DNA of 64,000 nt. Origin: Squalus acanthias (Eukaryota). Each line of letters opens with the position of its first letter. Position 1 is the stretch's first letter. A model generated the notes under the pieces. That model saw nothing but the letters and a program-made list of their open reading frames with translations. It searched no databases and was not told the DNA's origin. Positions 1 through 11,412 of this stretch are shown piece by piece. A program made the position numbers and the translations under genes. The stretch is from assembly GCA_030390025.1 (NCBI GenBank), contig CM059431.1, positions 133,116,001 through 133,180,000 of the forward strand, given 5' to 3'.

Positions 1-2982
1 AACGCGGAAGTAAGGGAGTCTCGCAATTCCTGACTTTAACATTTTTTCATCAGGTTTCCTGCCCAATAGCCAGCCAGATTTACAGGCTGTCCTTTGGTCA
101 GGCTAGAAAGCAGCCGGGGAGCAGATGTCATGTAAGTCTGACATTGTGGAGGGTGGATTCGGACATTGTTGGGGGGGGGTGAATCAGACATTGCGGGGGG
201 GGGGGGGGGGGGGGGTGAATCAGACATTGCGGGGTGGGGGGGGGAAATCAGACATTGCGGGGGGTGAATCAGACATTGCGGGGGGGTGAATCAGACATTG
301 CGGGGTGGGGGGGGGGAATCAGACATTGCGGGGGGGGTCAATCAGACATTGCGGGGGGTGAATCAGACATTGCGGGGGGGGGGTGAATCAGACATTGCGG
401 GGGGGGGTGAATCAGACATTGCGGGGGGGGTGAATCAGACATTGCGGGGGGGGGGGGTGAATCAGACATTGCGGGGGGGGGGTGAATCAGACATTGCGGG
501 GGGGGGTGAATCAGACATTGCGGGGGGGGGTGAATCAGACATTGCGGGGGGGGGTGAATCAGACATTGCGGGGGGTGAATCAGACATTGCGGGGGGGGGT
601 GAATCAGACATTGCGGGGGGGGTGAATCAGACACTGCGGGGGGTGAATCAGACATTGCGGGGGGGGTGAATCAGACATTGCGGGGGGGGAATCAGACATT
701 GCGGGGGGGGTGAATCAGACATTGCGGGGGGTGAATCAGACATTGCGGGGGGGGGTGAATCAGACATTGCGGGGGGGGTGAATCAGACATTGCGGGGGGT
801 GAATCAGACATTGCGGGGGGGGTGAATCAGACATTGCGGGGGGGGTGAATCAGACATTGCGGGGGGGGTGAATCAGACATTGCGGGGGGGGTGAATCAGA
901 CATTGCGGGGGGGGGAATCAGACATTGCGGGGGGGGTGAATCAGACATTGCGGGGGGGGGGGTGAATCAGACATTGCGGGGGGGGGGGTGAATCAGACAT
1001 TGCGGGGGGGGGTGAATCAGACATTGCGGGGGGGGTGAATCAGACATTGCGGGGGGGGGGGGTGAATCAGACATTGCGGGGGGGGGGGGTGAATCAGACA
1101 TTGCGGGGGGGGGTGAATCAGACATTGCGGGGGGGGTGAATCAGACATTGCGGGGGGGGTGAATCAGACATTGCGGGGGGGGTGAATCAGACATTGCGGG
1201 GGGGGGGAATCAGACATTGCGGGGGTGAATCAGACATTGCGGAGGGGGGTGAATCAGACATTGCGGAGGGGGGTGAATCAGACATTGCGGGGGGGGGAAT
1301 CAGACATTGCGGGGGGGGGGTGAATCAGACATTGTTGGGGGGGTGAATCAAACATTGCGGGGGGGGTGAATCAGACATTGGGGGGGGGTGAATCAGACAT
1401 GTGAGGGGGGGGGTGAATCAGACATTGCGGGGGGGGGTGAATCAGACATTGCGGGGGGGGTGAATCAGACATTGCGGGGGTGAATCAGACATTGCGGGGG
1501 GGGTGAATCAGACATTGCGGGGGGGGTGAATCAGACATTGCGGGGGGTGAATCAGACATTGTTGGGGGGGTGAATCAGACATTGCGGGGGGGGGTGAATC
1601 AGACATTGTTGGGGGGGGTGAATCAGACACTGCGGGGGGGGGGTGAATCAGACATTGCGGGGGGGGGTGAATCAGACACTGCGGGGGGGGTGAATCAGAC
1701 ACTGCGGGGGGGGTGAATCAGACATTGCGGGGGGGGTGAATCAGACATTGCGGGGGGGGGTGAATCAGACATTGTTGGGGGGGGGTGAATCAGACACTGC
1801 GGGGGGGGGTGAATCAGACATTGCGGGGGGGGGTGAATCAGACATTGCGGGGGGGTGAATCAGACATTGCGGGGGGGTGAATCAGACATTGCGGGGGGGG
1901 TGAATCAGACATTGCGGGGGGGGTGAATCAGACATTGCGGGGGGGGGTGAATCAGACATGCGGGGGGGGGGGTGAATCAGACATTGTTGGGGGGGGTGAA
2001 TCAGACATTGCGGGGGGGTGAATCAGACATTGCGGGGGGGGGTGAATCAGACATTGTTGGGGGGGGTGAATCAGACACTGCGGGGGGGGGTGAATCAGAC
2101 ATTGCGGGGGGGGTGAATCAGACATTGCGGGGGGGGTGAATCAGACATTGCGGGGGGGGGGTGAATCAGACATTGTTGGGGGGGTGAATCAGACATTGCG
2201 GGGGGGGTGAATCAGACACTGCGGGAGGGGTGAATCAGACATTGCGGGGTGAATCAGACATTGTGGGGGGGGTGAATCAGACATTGCGGGGGGGGGTGAA
2301 TCAGACATTGTTGGGGGGGTGAATCAGACATTGCGGGGGGGGTGAATCAGACATTGCGGGGGGGGGTGAATCAGACATTGCGGGGGGGGGTGAATCAGAC
2401 ATTGTGGGGGGGGTGAATCAGACATTGCGGGGGGTGAATCAGACATTGTTGGGGGGGTGAATTAGACATTGCGAGGGGGGGTGAATCAGACATTGCGGGG
2501 GGTGAATCAGACATTGCGGGGGGTGAATCAGACATTGCGGGGGGTGAATCAGACATTGCGGGGGGTGAATCAGACATTGCGGGGGGTGAATCAGACATTG
2601 CGGGGGGTGAATCAGACATTGCGGGGGTTGAATCAGACATTGCGGCGGGGGTGAATCAGACATTGCGGGGGGTGAATCAGACATTACGGGGGGTGAATCA
2701 GACATTGCGGGGGGGGGGTGAATCAGACATAGCGGGGGGGGTGAATCAGACATAGCGGGGGGGGGGGTGAATCAGACATTGCGTAGGGAGAGGTCGGACA
2801 TCATAATGTCCGATTCACCCACCCGCAGTGCCCTGATTCAACCCCAACCACCCCCCCACCCCCACCCCCCGCAATGTCTGATGTGTGGGTTGGAGACTCT
2901 TTGCAGTTGGGTTTGAGAATTTTTTGAATTTTACCTTCCCACCCGCCCCTAGCCCACCTGTCCTTGGGGTTAAAACTCCTAT
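1..2982. mobile_element. Probable non-autonomous Harbinger-type element hosting the minisatellite (left end outside window)
   Basis: AACGCGGAAGT at 1-11 and the end ...CCCACC...GGGGTTAAAACTCC (~2940-2980) resemble the Harbinger terminus at ~7730-7838 (AATGCGGAAGT...GTTAAAATTCCTCC). Confidence 0.4.
171..2782. repeat. G-rich minisatellite, unit TGAATCAGACATTGC + variable G run (~20-30 bp, roughly 110 units)
   Basis: Near-invariant 15-bp core tandemly repeated with G tracts of variable length; minor variants ACATTGTT and ACACTGC. The ORFs in the track here are repeat translations. Confidence 0.98.
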
Positions 2983-3484
2983 CTCCCCTTGAATCTAGTT
3001 TAGCAGTTAAGTGAACACCATGTGAAATGCATTGAGATTAATGAGCTGCAAAACAATTTGGTATCATCTAATGTCATTCGGATTCTGAACACTTGATATT
3101 GGTATACCAGGTACTGGTTATTACCACTACTGTTACCGTACTTCTACTACTACTCACTGCTTGTGTAAAAATTGAAGTGTGGCAGATAGTACTGTAAGCA
3201 GTGCATATGGGATTCAGTCCAAGCATTGGAACTGGTCTTAATCAACTAAAATGCAATTTTTTCCTCAAATAAAAGCTTCCAGTTTAAAAAAATATTTATT
3301 AGATTAAAATGTCACCAAAATTTGGATAGACTTATGCAGAATCTACATCCTCATAGGCCAGAATTTGGATGTGCTTGCTCAAAATTTGTCTTGAATGTCA
3401 CAAAATCCTAAAGGCCCTGAGTTTTGCAGTGTTTTGATCCAGACAGTACAGATGCAGCACAGGGTATATAGAAAGAACTTCTTA

Positions 3485-4148
3485 GGTTAATATGGCCATA
3501 AAAACAGAAAACCAAACACTAGGTTTATTTCTAGAGGGATAGAATTTAAAAGTAGAGAAGTTATGCTAAACTTGTATCAAACCTCGGTTTGACCACACTT
3601 GGAGTACTGTGTGCAGTTCTGGTCGTCATATTATAAAAAGGATATAGAGGCACTGGAGAGGGTGCAAAAAAGATTTACAAGGATGAAAACAGAACTGCGA
3701 GGTTATACCTATCAGGAAAGGATGAACAGGCTGGGTCTCTTTTTTCTTGAAAAGAGAAGGCTGAGGGGTGACCTAACAGAGGTCTTTAAAATTATGAAAG
3801 GTTTTGATAGAGTAGACACAGAGAGAATGTTTCCACTTGTGGGGAAGAGCAAAACTAAAGGCCATCAATATAAGATAGTCACCAAGAAATCAAATAGGGA
3901 ATTCAGAAGAAACTTCCTTACCCAGAGAGTGGTGAGAATATGGAACTCGCTACCACAGGGAGTGGTTGAGGCAAATAGTAGAGATGCATTTAAGGGGAGG
4001 CTAGATAAGCATATGAGGGAGAAGGGAATAGAGGGTTATGCTGATAGATTTAGATGAGGAGAGACAGGAGGAGGCTCGAGTGGAGCATAAACACCGGCAT
4101 GGACTGCTTGGGCCGAATGGCCTGTTTCTGTGCCGTATATCCTATGTA
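3485..4148 (+). mobile_element. CR1 LINE 3' fragment (ORF2 C-terminus + 3' UTR)
   Basis: ORF 3599-4057 EYCVQFWS...LERVQKRFTRM...RRLRGDL...FLTQRVVRIWNSLP; tail ATCCTATGTAA; nearly identical to 58500-59160. Confidence 0.95.
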
Positions 4149-4234
4149 AATATGGCACACATTTCATAATCAACCAGAGACTCATCTAATAACATAAATT
4201 TTAAAACATTTTGAAAACCCAGGTTTGATACAAT

Positions 4235-4700
4235 GGCCCTGATATTGCTGGGGGGGAAATGGTGAATTAATGGTGCTCGCCATTGTTAGTTCACAAAAAA
4301 TCCAGCAATTTGTGGCGAAGAAGAGATAAGCCACGAGTTCCGGTTCTCCACAAATTTCTGGACAATTTGAGCCGCTCCGCCATTAGCCTCGCCAAAACCA
4401 AATGGTTGCAGCCTCGCCGTGAGCTTCCCCATTGCAATTCATTGTGTGTCATGAAATTGCTAGATTTATGCTGTTAATGCAAATTAATCTCACCACAGGG
4501 CTGGTACTTCATGTCATAAGGACCCTGTTAATGACGTAATTTATGGTTTTGACATGACACTCAACTTTGGAGGCCCAGAAAGGGAACAAATGAAGCTGTG
4601 AAATCTCACTCCAACAGTTAGTGAATTGATCCTAGAGGTTTTTTATACTTTTAGTCTGTCTTCGCAGTATCTTTGTGCTAATCTTGCCATTCGCACTCCT
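4235..4700. mobile_element. Left arm of an old MITE-like element (right arm possibly 10590-10903)
   Basis: Start GGCCCTGATATTGCTGG matches the reverse complement of CCAGAAATTTCTGGGCC (10887-10903) at 14/17; both arms contain TCCAGCAATTTG. Confidence 0.45.
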
Positions 4701-5199
4701 GTTAAGATCGGAAGGCAATCATTTTCATGATGCAAAGCTGTTTTGACACACAGAAACCCAAATTAGATAGATTTCTTTCAGAAAATAATTTTGGGATACA
4801 GTATATGAGTAAGAATGTTCTTACATTTTGCACACCTACCCTGCCATTCACTCATTATTAACTTCTCAAGGACCAATACAACAATTCCTAAACATCACTG
4901 GGTTACAATGTCCTCTTCTTCGGCTTGTTCTTTTTAATTGTTTTCTTACTTTTCCTTTCTAGGTTTAGAGTAATTATGGAAAAGGACAAGGAAAAATCAA
5001 ATGCAGGAGAGCTAATTCCAGTGAGTTGAAAAGGGGCCTGGCCCAGGTGGATTGAAATCAAAGATTGGCAGGTAAAATAGTAAATGAGCAATAGGAGGCC
5101 TTCAAAGAGGAGATAGTTCGGGTACAGACTTGACACATTCCCATGAGGGGGAAAGGAAGAACATCCAAAGCTAGAGCCCCCTGGATGACTAAAGATAAT

Positions 5200-6012
5200 G
5201 GGCTCGAAATTTGGATCCGTAGCACCCGGTTTTTCGGTGCTACGAGTACCGTTTTGTGTCCAAAATGGCGTCTGCGTCGCACACACACATATGGTGCGGG
5301 CTGCGCCGGTCGCCATTTTGGTAAAGACCAAATAAGAGGTGTCCTTTACCCATGTCTGAAGCAGGCATTCGGCCACTAACATAAGCAAATAAGGGGCCTA
5401 ACACCTGTTTCTGCTCCCTCTTGCAACTTTGGTTTGTGCCTGAGGCAGCCAGCACCAGTGCTGATTGCCTCCGGGAAAACCAATGCTAAACAGCACAGAA
5501 TTAAAAAAAGCTAAGTACTTAACCATAATCACCGCCACTCCCGGTCCCGAGATCCCCGACTTGACTCCTGACTCCTGACTCCGACCTCCAGGCACCCCCC
5601 CGATCTCCCCCCAGCCCCGAGCCGACCCTCCCCCCCGAAATCACTCCCGAACCACCAACAATACTCCATCAATACGCCGCAATCTTCCTACCTGACCCCC
5701 GACAGCAGTATGATCCGAGGCCCAGACATTCCTCCTCCAGACCCCCACGATCTTCTTCCCCAACCCCTGACAGTCCTCCGATCGGACTCCGAGGCCCAGC
5801 CATTCCTCCTCCAGACCCCCAGTGATCCAACCCAATCACTTACCTGAAAATTGGCACATGAACCTGTGCGGGCTCCTACTGCTGCACCATCTACATGATA
5901 ATGTGGTCCAAGGCACAAAATCCACGGCTCCTCGGACCTGCCCATTTCAGCGCGGGCTGTTAGCACTCTGCGGGTAAGGTGCTCAAAAATGGACACTATC
6001 AAATTTCTAGGC
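5200..6012. mobile_element. MITE, Harbinger-like, inserted in CR1
   Basis: Imperfect TIR GGGCTCGAAATTTG / CAAATTTCTAGGC; AAT on both flanks (5197-5199, 6013-6015); CpG-rich ends; internal C-rich CCCCGA(T)C-type repeats at ~5540-5830. Confidence 0.8.
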
Positions 6013-6120
6013 AATAGAGATTAAAATGAAGCAGAAAAAGGAGGCTTATGAAAAATGTTAGGTTCATAATTCAGAAGAGAACCAAGCTAAATACAAAAAG
6101 TACAGAAAAGAACTGAAAAA

Positions 6121-7180
6121 GGCGCAAGACACCATGACCATTCTGGAGACCCTGGTTGGTGAGTACTGAAGTGCATCTCCAGATCTGTCCAGGCACCTGA
6201 AGTACATCTTCTGCATGCCGATGGCTTGATCAATGACACACATGGTTGTCATATGGCTTTCATTGTATCACTCCTGGGCCTCATTGGTTGGGTTCCTCAC
6301 AGGTGTCATTAGCCACGTTTTAAGTGGGTATCCCCAGTCTCCGAGCAGCCAGCCGGTAAGTCTGCTTCGAGGTGCGAAGAGATCAGGGTGGGTGGACTGC
6401 CGCAGGACGAATGCATCATGGCAGCTGCCTGGGAATCTTGCACACACCTGCAGAAAGATCTTTTTGTGGTTGCACACCAGCTGCGCATTGATGAAGTGGA
6501 AGCCCTTGCAGTTGGCGAACACTCCTGGATGATCTATGGGTGCCTTAATTGCCACATGTGCGCAGTCGATGACGCCCTGCACCTGTGGGAAGCCAGCCAG
6601 ATCCGCAATCCCGAACGCCCACTCATTCTGACTGGCGTCATCACAGGAAAAGTGTATGTAATGGCAAAATAGCCATCAGTCACCTGTCTTATGCATTTGT
6701 GGGCCGCTGACTACGGGATCCTGCAAATGTCTCCAGCAGAGCCCTGGAAGGATCCAGAGACAAAGAATTTGAGGGCAGTGGTGACTTTGACAACCACTGG
6801 TAAAGCGTGGCCACCAGGTCCAGTTGGCACAGGTCTTGTTCCAGCAGGTTGCAAATGTCTGCCACCACCTGACACGACACACTGAGCCTCTTGAGAAACT
6901 GGTGTTCAGACATGTCGAGGTAGCTTATCCTCTGGCTGTAGACCCTGTGTGGCGGGTATGGCCTCCTACGAGCTGCACCTCTCTGCTGATAGCCTCTCTC
7001 CTGTAGAGCTGCAGGTCTGTGAGCAGCAGGCTGTTGCTGCTCCTGCTGGTGCTGTTGCTGCTCCTGCTGGTGCTGTTGCTGCTCCTGCTGGTGCTGGTGC
7101 TGCTGGTGCTGGTGCTGCTGCTCCTGCTGATCTTGGTCCTCATCTGAGGCCTAAAGTAACACAGCATAAGCGGCATCCAT
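6121..7180 (-). pseudogene. PIF/Harbinger (HARBI1-like) DDE transposase, inactivated and 3'-truncated
   Basis: Motifs [99 protein letters not shown] at 7178-7180; several stops and frameshifts. Confidence 0.93.
7022..7130 (-). repeat. CAG-rich repeat (includes 3 x 21 bp) encoding Q/H/E tract in the transposase N-terminus
   Basis: The 21-bp unit GCTGTTGCTGCTCCTGCTGGT occurs 3 times; minus-strand reading DQQEQQHQHQQHQHQQEQQQHQQEQQQ. Confidence 0.9.
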
Positions 7181-7256
7181 GTTGATCTGATAGATCAGAG
7201 CTCCAAAGTGCAGATCAGACATACAAACCTCCAAAGTGCAGATGACACCACCAAAG

Positions 7257-7412
7257 CAATGTTCCCTTTAAGCTGCGCGGCCGTGCAGTACTCCAAGGAA
7301 CCTGCACAGCCAGCTTGCCAGCTTTTCAATGCAAAAGCCGCACATGCGCGGTATTTTGAGTGGGCCCCTTAAAGGGGCCGCGCAGCGCCAAAACAAATTA
7401 GAGGGAACATTG
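7257..7412. mobile_element. 156-bp MITE with hAT-like TIRs nested upstream of the Harbinger transposase
   Basis: TIR CAATGTTCCCTTTAA / TTAGAGGGAACATTG (14/15 match); GC-rich interior; 8-bp TSD not clearly retained. Confidence 0.7.
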
Positions 7413-8107
7413 CTTCAACATTGTAAAAGTGACCTCTCAGCACAAGTACTATGAACAAAGCCTTTCACACAAGCAGGCAAGAAATAAGCTGTGAGGTGTC
7501 AGTACTTATTGACATATTTCCCTGTCATTTCTGCAGCTCCCTCAATTGCCACTGTGTTCTCGCCTTGCCTTCACTGGCGAGTTCCAAGAATCTCGGAAAA
7601 ACCCGTGGACCCACAGTTAAATTGCAAAAGCCATGTTATTATCGCTGTAATTTAGCGATAACATATTCAAATTGACAACCCGCCTCTCCCCAGGTGGTTG
7701 TACGCATGCAGCCTTACGCGCTGCAGTTAAATGCGGAAGTCGATGAGTTGGAGCCAGCTTCCCAACGCACTCGCATTTTTCCAGGACTCAAACCCCATCA
7801 CCCAAACCCATGTGCTCAGCCACTGTTAAAATTCCTCCTAATAATCTGGGACAAAATTAATTGGCACTTGGAAAATTTTGGGCTAATGAAAGCCAGCATG
7901 GATTTCTTAAAAGCAAATCATGTTCGACTAGCTTGATTGAGTTATTTGATGAAGTGATGGAAAGGGTTGATGAGGGCAGTATGGTTGATGCTGTGTATAT
8001 GGACTTTCAAAAGGTGTTTGAAAAAGTGCCACATAATAGGCTTGTTTGCAAAATTGAAGCCCATGGGATTAAAGGGGCAGTGGCTGAGTGGATACAAAAT
8101 AGGCTAA

Positions 8108-10040
8108 GAGTCATAATGACACAGAAGGAGGCCATTCGGCCCATCGAGTCCGTGCCGGCTCTCTGTAGAGCAATCCAATCAGTCCCATTCCCCTGCTCTA
8201 TCCCTGTAGCCCTGCAAGTTTATTTCCCTCAAATGCCTATCCAGTCTCCCCTTGAAAACATTGAGTGTCTCTGCCTCCACCACTTCCGTCGGCAGTGAGT
8301 TCCAGGTCCTCACCACTCGCTGCATAAAAAAGTTTTTCCTCACATCCCCCCTGTATCTCTTGCCCAAAACCTTAAATCTGTGTCCCCTAGTCCTTGTACC
8401 ATCAACTAGTGGAAACAGCCTTTCCCCGTCTAGCCTATCCAAACCCGTCATAATCTTGTACATCTCTATCAAATCACCCCTTAACCTCCTTTGCTCTAAT
8501 GAAAACAAATCCAGCTTCTCCAACCTGTCCTTGTAGCTAAGATCCCCCATCCCCGGAACCATTCTGGTAAATCTCCTCTGCACCCTCTCAAGTGCCTTCA
8601 CATCCTTCCGAAAGTGTGGTGACCAGAACTGGACGCAATACTCCAATTGTGGCCTAACCAGCACTTTATAAAGGTTCAGCATAACTTCTCTACTTTTGTA
8701 CTCAATACCTCTATTTATGAAATCCAAGATCCCATATGCTTTGCTAACCACTCTCTCAATATGTCCCGCCACCTTCAGGGACCTATGTACATTAACTCCC
8801 AGGTCCCTCTGTCCCTGCACACTCTTTAAAACGGTGCCATTAAGTGTATATTGCCTCTCCCTGTTGCTTCTGCCAAAATACATCACCTCACACTTCTCTG
8901 TATTAAATTCCATCTGCCACTTGTCTGCCCATTCTGCTAGCCTTTCTATGTCCTGTTGCAGTCGATTGGTATCATCCTCACTGTTTGCCACACCCCCAAG
9001 TTTGGTGTCATCAGCAAATTTAGAAATTCTACTCTGTATTCCAATATCCAGGTCATTTATATATATATCAAAAAAAGCAGTGGCCCCAGCACTGACCCTT
9101 GGGGAACACCACTGTCTACCATCCTCCAGTCTGAAAAAAAACCATTTACCACAACTCGCTGTTTTCTGTCCTTAAGCCAATTCCTTATCCAAGCTGCCAC
9201 TGACCCACCTATTCCATGAGCCTCAATTTTGTTAACCAGCCTTCTATGTGGTACTTTGTCAAATGCCTTCCTAAAATCCATGTAGACAACATCCATTGCA
9301 TTCCTTTCATCAATCCTCTCTGTTACTTCATCAAAAAATTCAATTAGATTAGTCAAACGCGATCTGCCTTTTACAAATCCATGTTGGCTCTCCTTAATTA
9401 GCTTAAACCTCTCCAAGTGCCCGTTAATTTTTTCCTTGATTATTGTTTCAAAACTTTATCCACCACTGATGTTAAACTGACCGGCCTATAGTTACTAGGA
9501 TTGTCCTTACACCCTTTCTTGAACAATGGTGTCACATTTGCCACTTTTCAATCCTCAGGCACCTCCCCTGCATCTAGGGAAGATTGGAAAATTATGGCAA
9601 GCCCTTCCGCTATCTCCTCCCCCAATTCCCTTAGCAACCTGGGATGCAAGCCATCTGGACCAGGTGACTTGTCACTCTAAGCATACCCAGCCTTTCTAAT
9701 ACATCCTGTCTATCAATTTTCACCCCTTCCATTGCTTCTACCTTTTCCACTTCTACCGATATTTTGTCAGCATCCACCTCTTTAGTAAACACCAATACAA
9801 AGTACTCATTGAGTACTCTAGCCATGCCCTGCGCCTCTAAGCATATATCACCTTCTTTGTCCCTAATAGGCCCCACCCCGCCTCTTACTACCCGCTTACT
9901 GTTTACATGCCGGTAGAAGATTTTTGTGTTCCCTTTTATGTTAACCGCCATTCTACTCTCATATTCTCTCTTTGCCAATCTTATTTTCGTATTTACTTAC
10001 CCTCTCAACTTATTGTATTTGGTCTGGTTCTCCCTTGAAG
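8108..10040 (-). mobile_element. CR1 LINE, 5'-truncated, frameshifted ORF2 (RT + C-terminus + 3' UTR)
   Basis: ORF pieces 9631-9978, 9057-9416 (QHGFVKGRS, YMDFRKAFDKVPH, GVPQGSVLGP) and 8179-8991; 3' UTR at ~8110-8180. Confidence 0.96.
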
Positions 10041-10219
10041 AATTCCCCTAACAGGCAGTTAATTGGCTCTAATCCCCTTCCCGCCGCTAGGAGACGCCTG
10101 AGGACCCGCCTCCCGGGTAGATGGTTCGGAGGCGGGTTGGGAGTAGGGTCGGGAAACGCTCCCAATTTTTCCCATTTTCTCAGCAGTCCCGCCTCCTCAG
10201 GGCTGGGAAAATCCAGCCC
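10041..10219. mobile_element. Terminal fragment of a Harbinger-type MITE
   Basis: Ends GGGAAAATCCAGCCC, identical to the terminus at 62857-62871; CR1 sequence resumes immediately after. Confidence 0.75.
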
Positions 10220-10590
10220 TTAGAGTATAAAAGCCAGGAAATTATGCTAAACCTATATAAAATCATAAAGGATTTTGATAGAGTAAATAAGGAGGAACTG
10301 TTAACAGTGGCAGAAGGGTCGGTAACCAGAGGACACAGAATTAAGGTAATTGGCAAAAGAACCAGAGGCGACATGAGGAAAAAAATATTTAGTTGCACTG
10401 CCTGAAAGGCTGATGGAAGCAGATTCAATAATAACATCCAAAAGGGAATTGGATAAATACTTGAAGGGGAAAAAATTGTATAGATATAGGGCAGGGGAGT
10501 GGGACTAATTGGATAGCTCTTTCAAAGAGCAGGCACAGGCACAGTGGGCCGAATAGCCTACTTCTGTGCTGTATCATGCTATGATTCTAT
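10220..10590 (+). mobile_element. CR1 3' fragment with internal deletion
   Basis: EYKSQEIMLNLYK / IIKDFDRV...TRGHRIKVIGKRTRGDMRK; tail CTATGATTCTAT. Confidence 0.9.
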
Positions 10591-11127
10591 CCTTTCAGTC
10601 TCTTAATACACTCTCTTTCTTTCCCTCTCTTTATTTCTCTTTCTGTATCTCTAATTCACCCTATTTCCTTCACTGTCGTTCGCTCAGTTTCTTTCTCTAT
10701 CATAAAATTTCATTGGTTAGGGAGATAGACCATTGGGCACGACCTCAATGAGGTCTCAGATGTGATGTTGAGGTTGCTGCGCCGTTATCAATTCACATTT
10801 CCAGCAATTTGCGGTACAAATATAGTGTGGTCTGGAGGGCGAGATAAAAAGTCCAATTCACTTCCCTCGCCACGAGATGCACTTTTCCAGAAATTTCTGG
10901 GCCAACATTTCATCAGAATCATTTCCATGATGTCCTCAATACTTGTTCAGTACTGTGAAATGTTCAGTACTGTGAAAAGGATTAGCTAAGCTTATGGATG
11001 TCTTAATTATTATTGAAGAAATGCTTAACCTGGTGTGCCATATTGGAAAAAACCCACTTACAATGTACCTGAGAGTAGTGCCTGAGAAGTGTCCCAGAAT
11101 ACGTACTAAAAAGGCAGCTGTATAAAA

Positions 11128-11412
11128 GCCTCAGTGTCCTTGGGCTAGGGAGGGGGAATTAGGGATGGCCCTATTCCTGAACACTATCCAGTAACTGCTG
11201 CTGAAATTGAACACATGTGCATGTTGTGTGAGAACAGGATTAGGCTGGGATGTTCACAGCTGGATGCTCACACTCAATATTTAGGTCTACAAATGAATGA
11301 CACACGGTTGAATAGGATACCGACCGGCAGCCCACTGGCACCTGTGGAACCATAGTCCAAGTATGAACGACCACCTTCATGAGATGGAGAGAGGGTATAA
11401 GGTGAAAAATTG
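11128..11412 (+). mobile_element. Ancient SINE fragment (AmnSINE2-like); related copies at 25250-25365, 40180-40480 (-), 42955-43125
   Basis: Shared blocks CCTTGGGCTAGGGAGGGG, CTATCCAGTRAC.CTGCTG.AA, GAACAGGAT and GTGGAACC among the copies; family name from recall. Confidence 0.65.

Larger units (their letters stand above)
6121..7838 (-). mobile_element. Truncated Harbinger element (transposase, upstream region and one terminus)
   Basis: Transposase remnant, then a CpG-rich segment ending GTTAAAATTCCTCC where CR1 sequence resumes. Confidence 0.8.
4958..8110 (+). mobile_element. Degenerate CR1 ORF2 in pieces (4958-5199, 6013-6122, 7839-8110), split by DNA transposons
   Basis: ...PWMTKD / IEIKMKQKKEAY... 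continues across the 5200-6012 insertion; the RT segment ESQHGFLKSKSC...VDAVYMDFQKVFEKVPH resumes after 7838. Confidence 0.85.

Noticed and set aside
171..2782. CRISPR-like array or repetitive protein gene
   Set aside because: The 'spacers' are only G homopolymers, there are no cas genes, the context is vertebrate, and frames shift with G-run length.
6121..7180. Domesticated host HARBI1 gene
   Set aside because: Multiple stops and frameshifts, 3' truncation, and insertion within a CR1.
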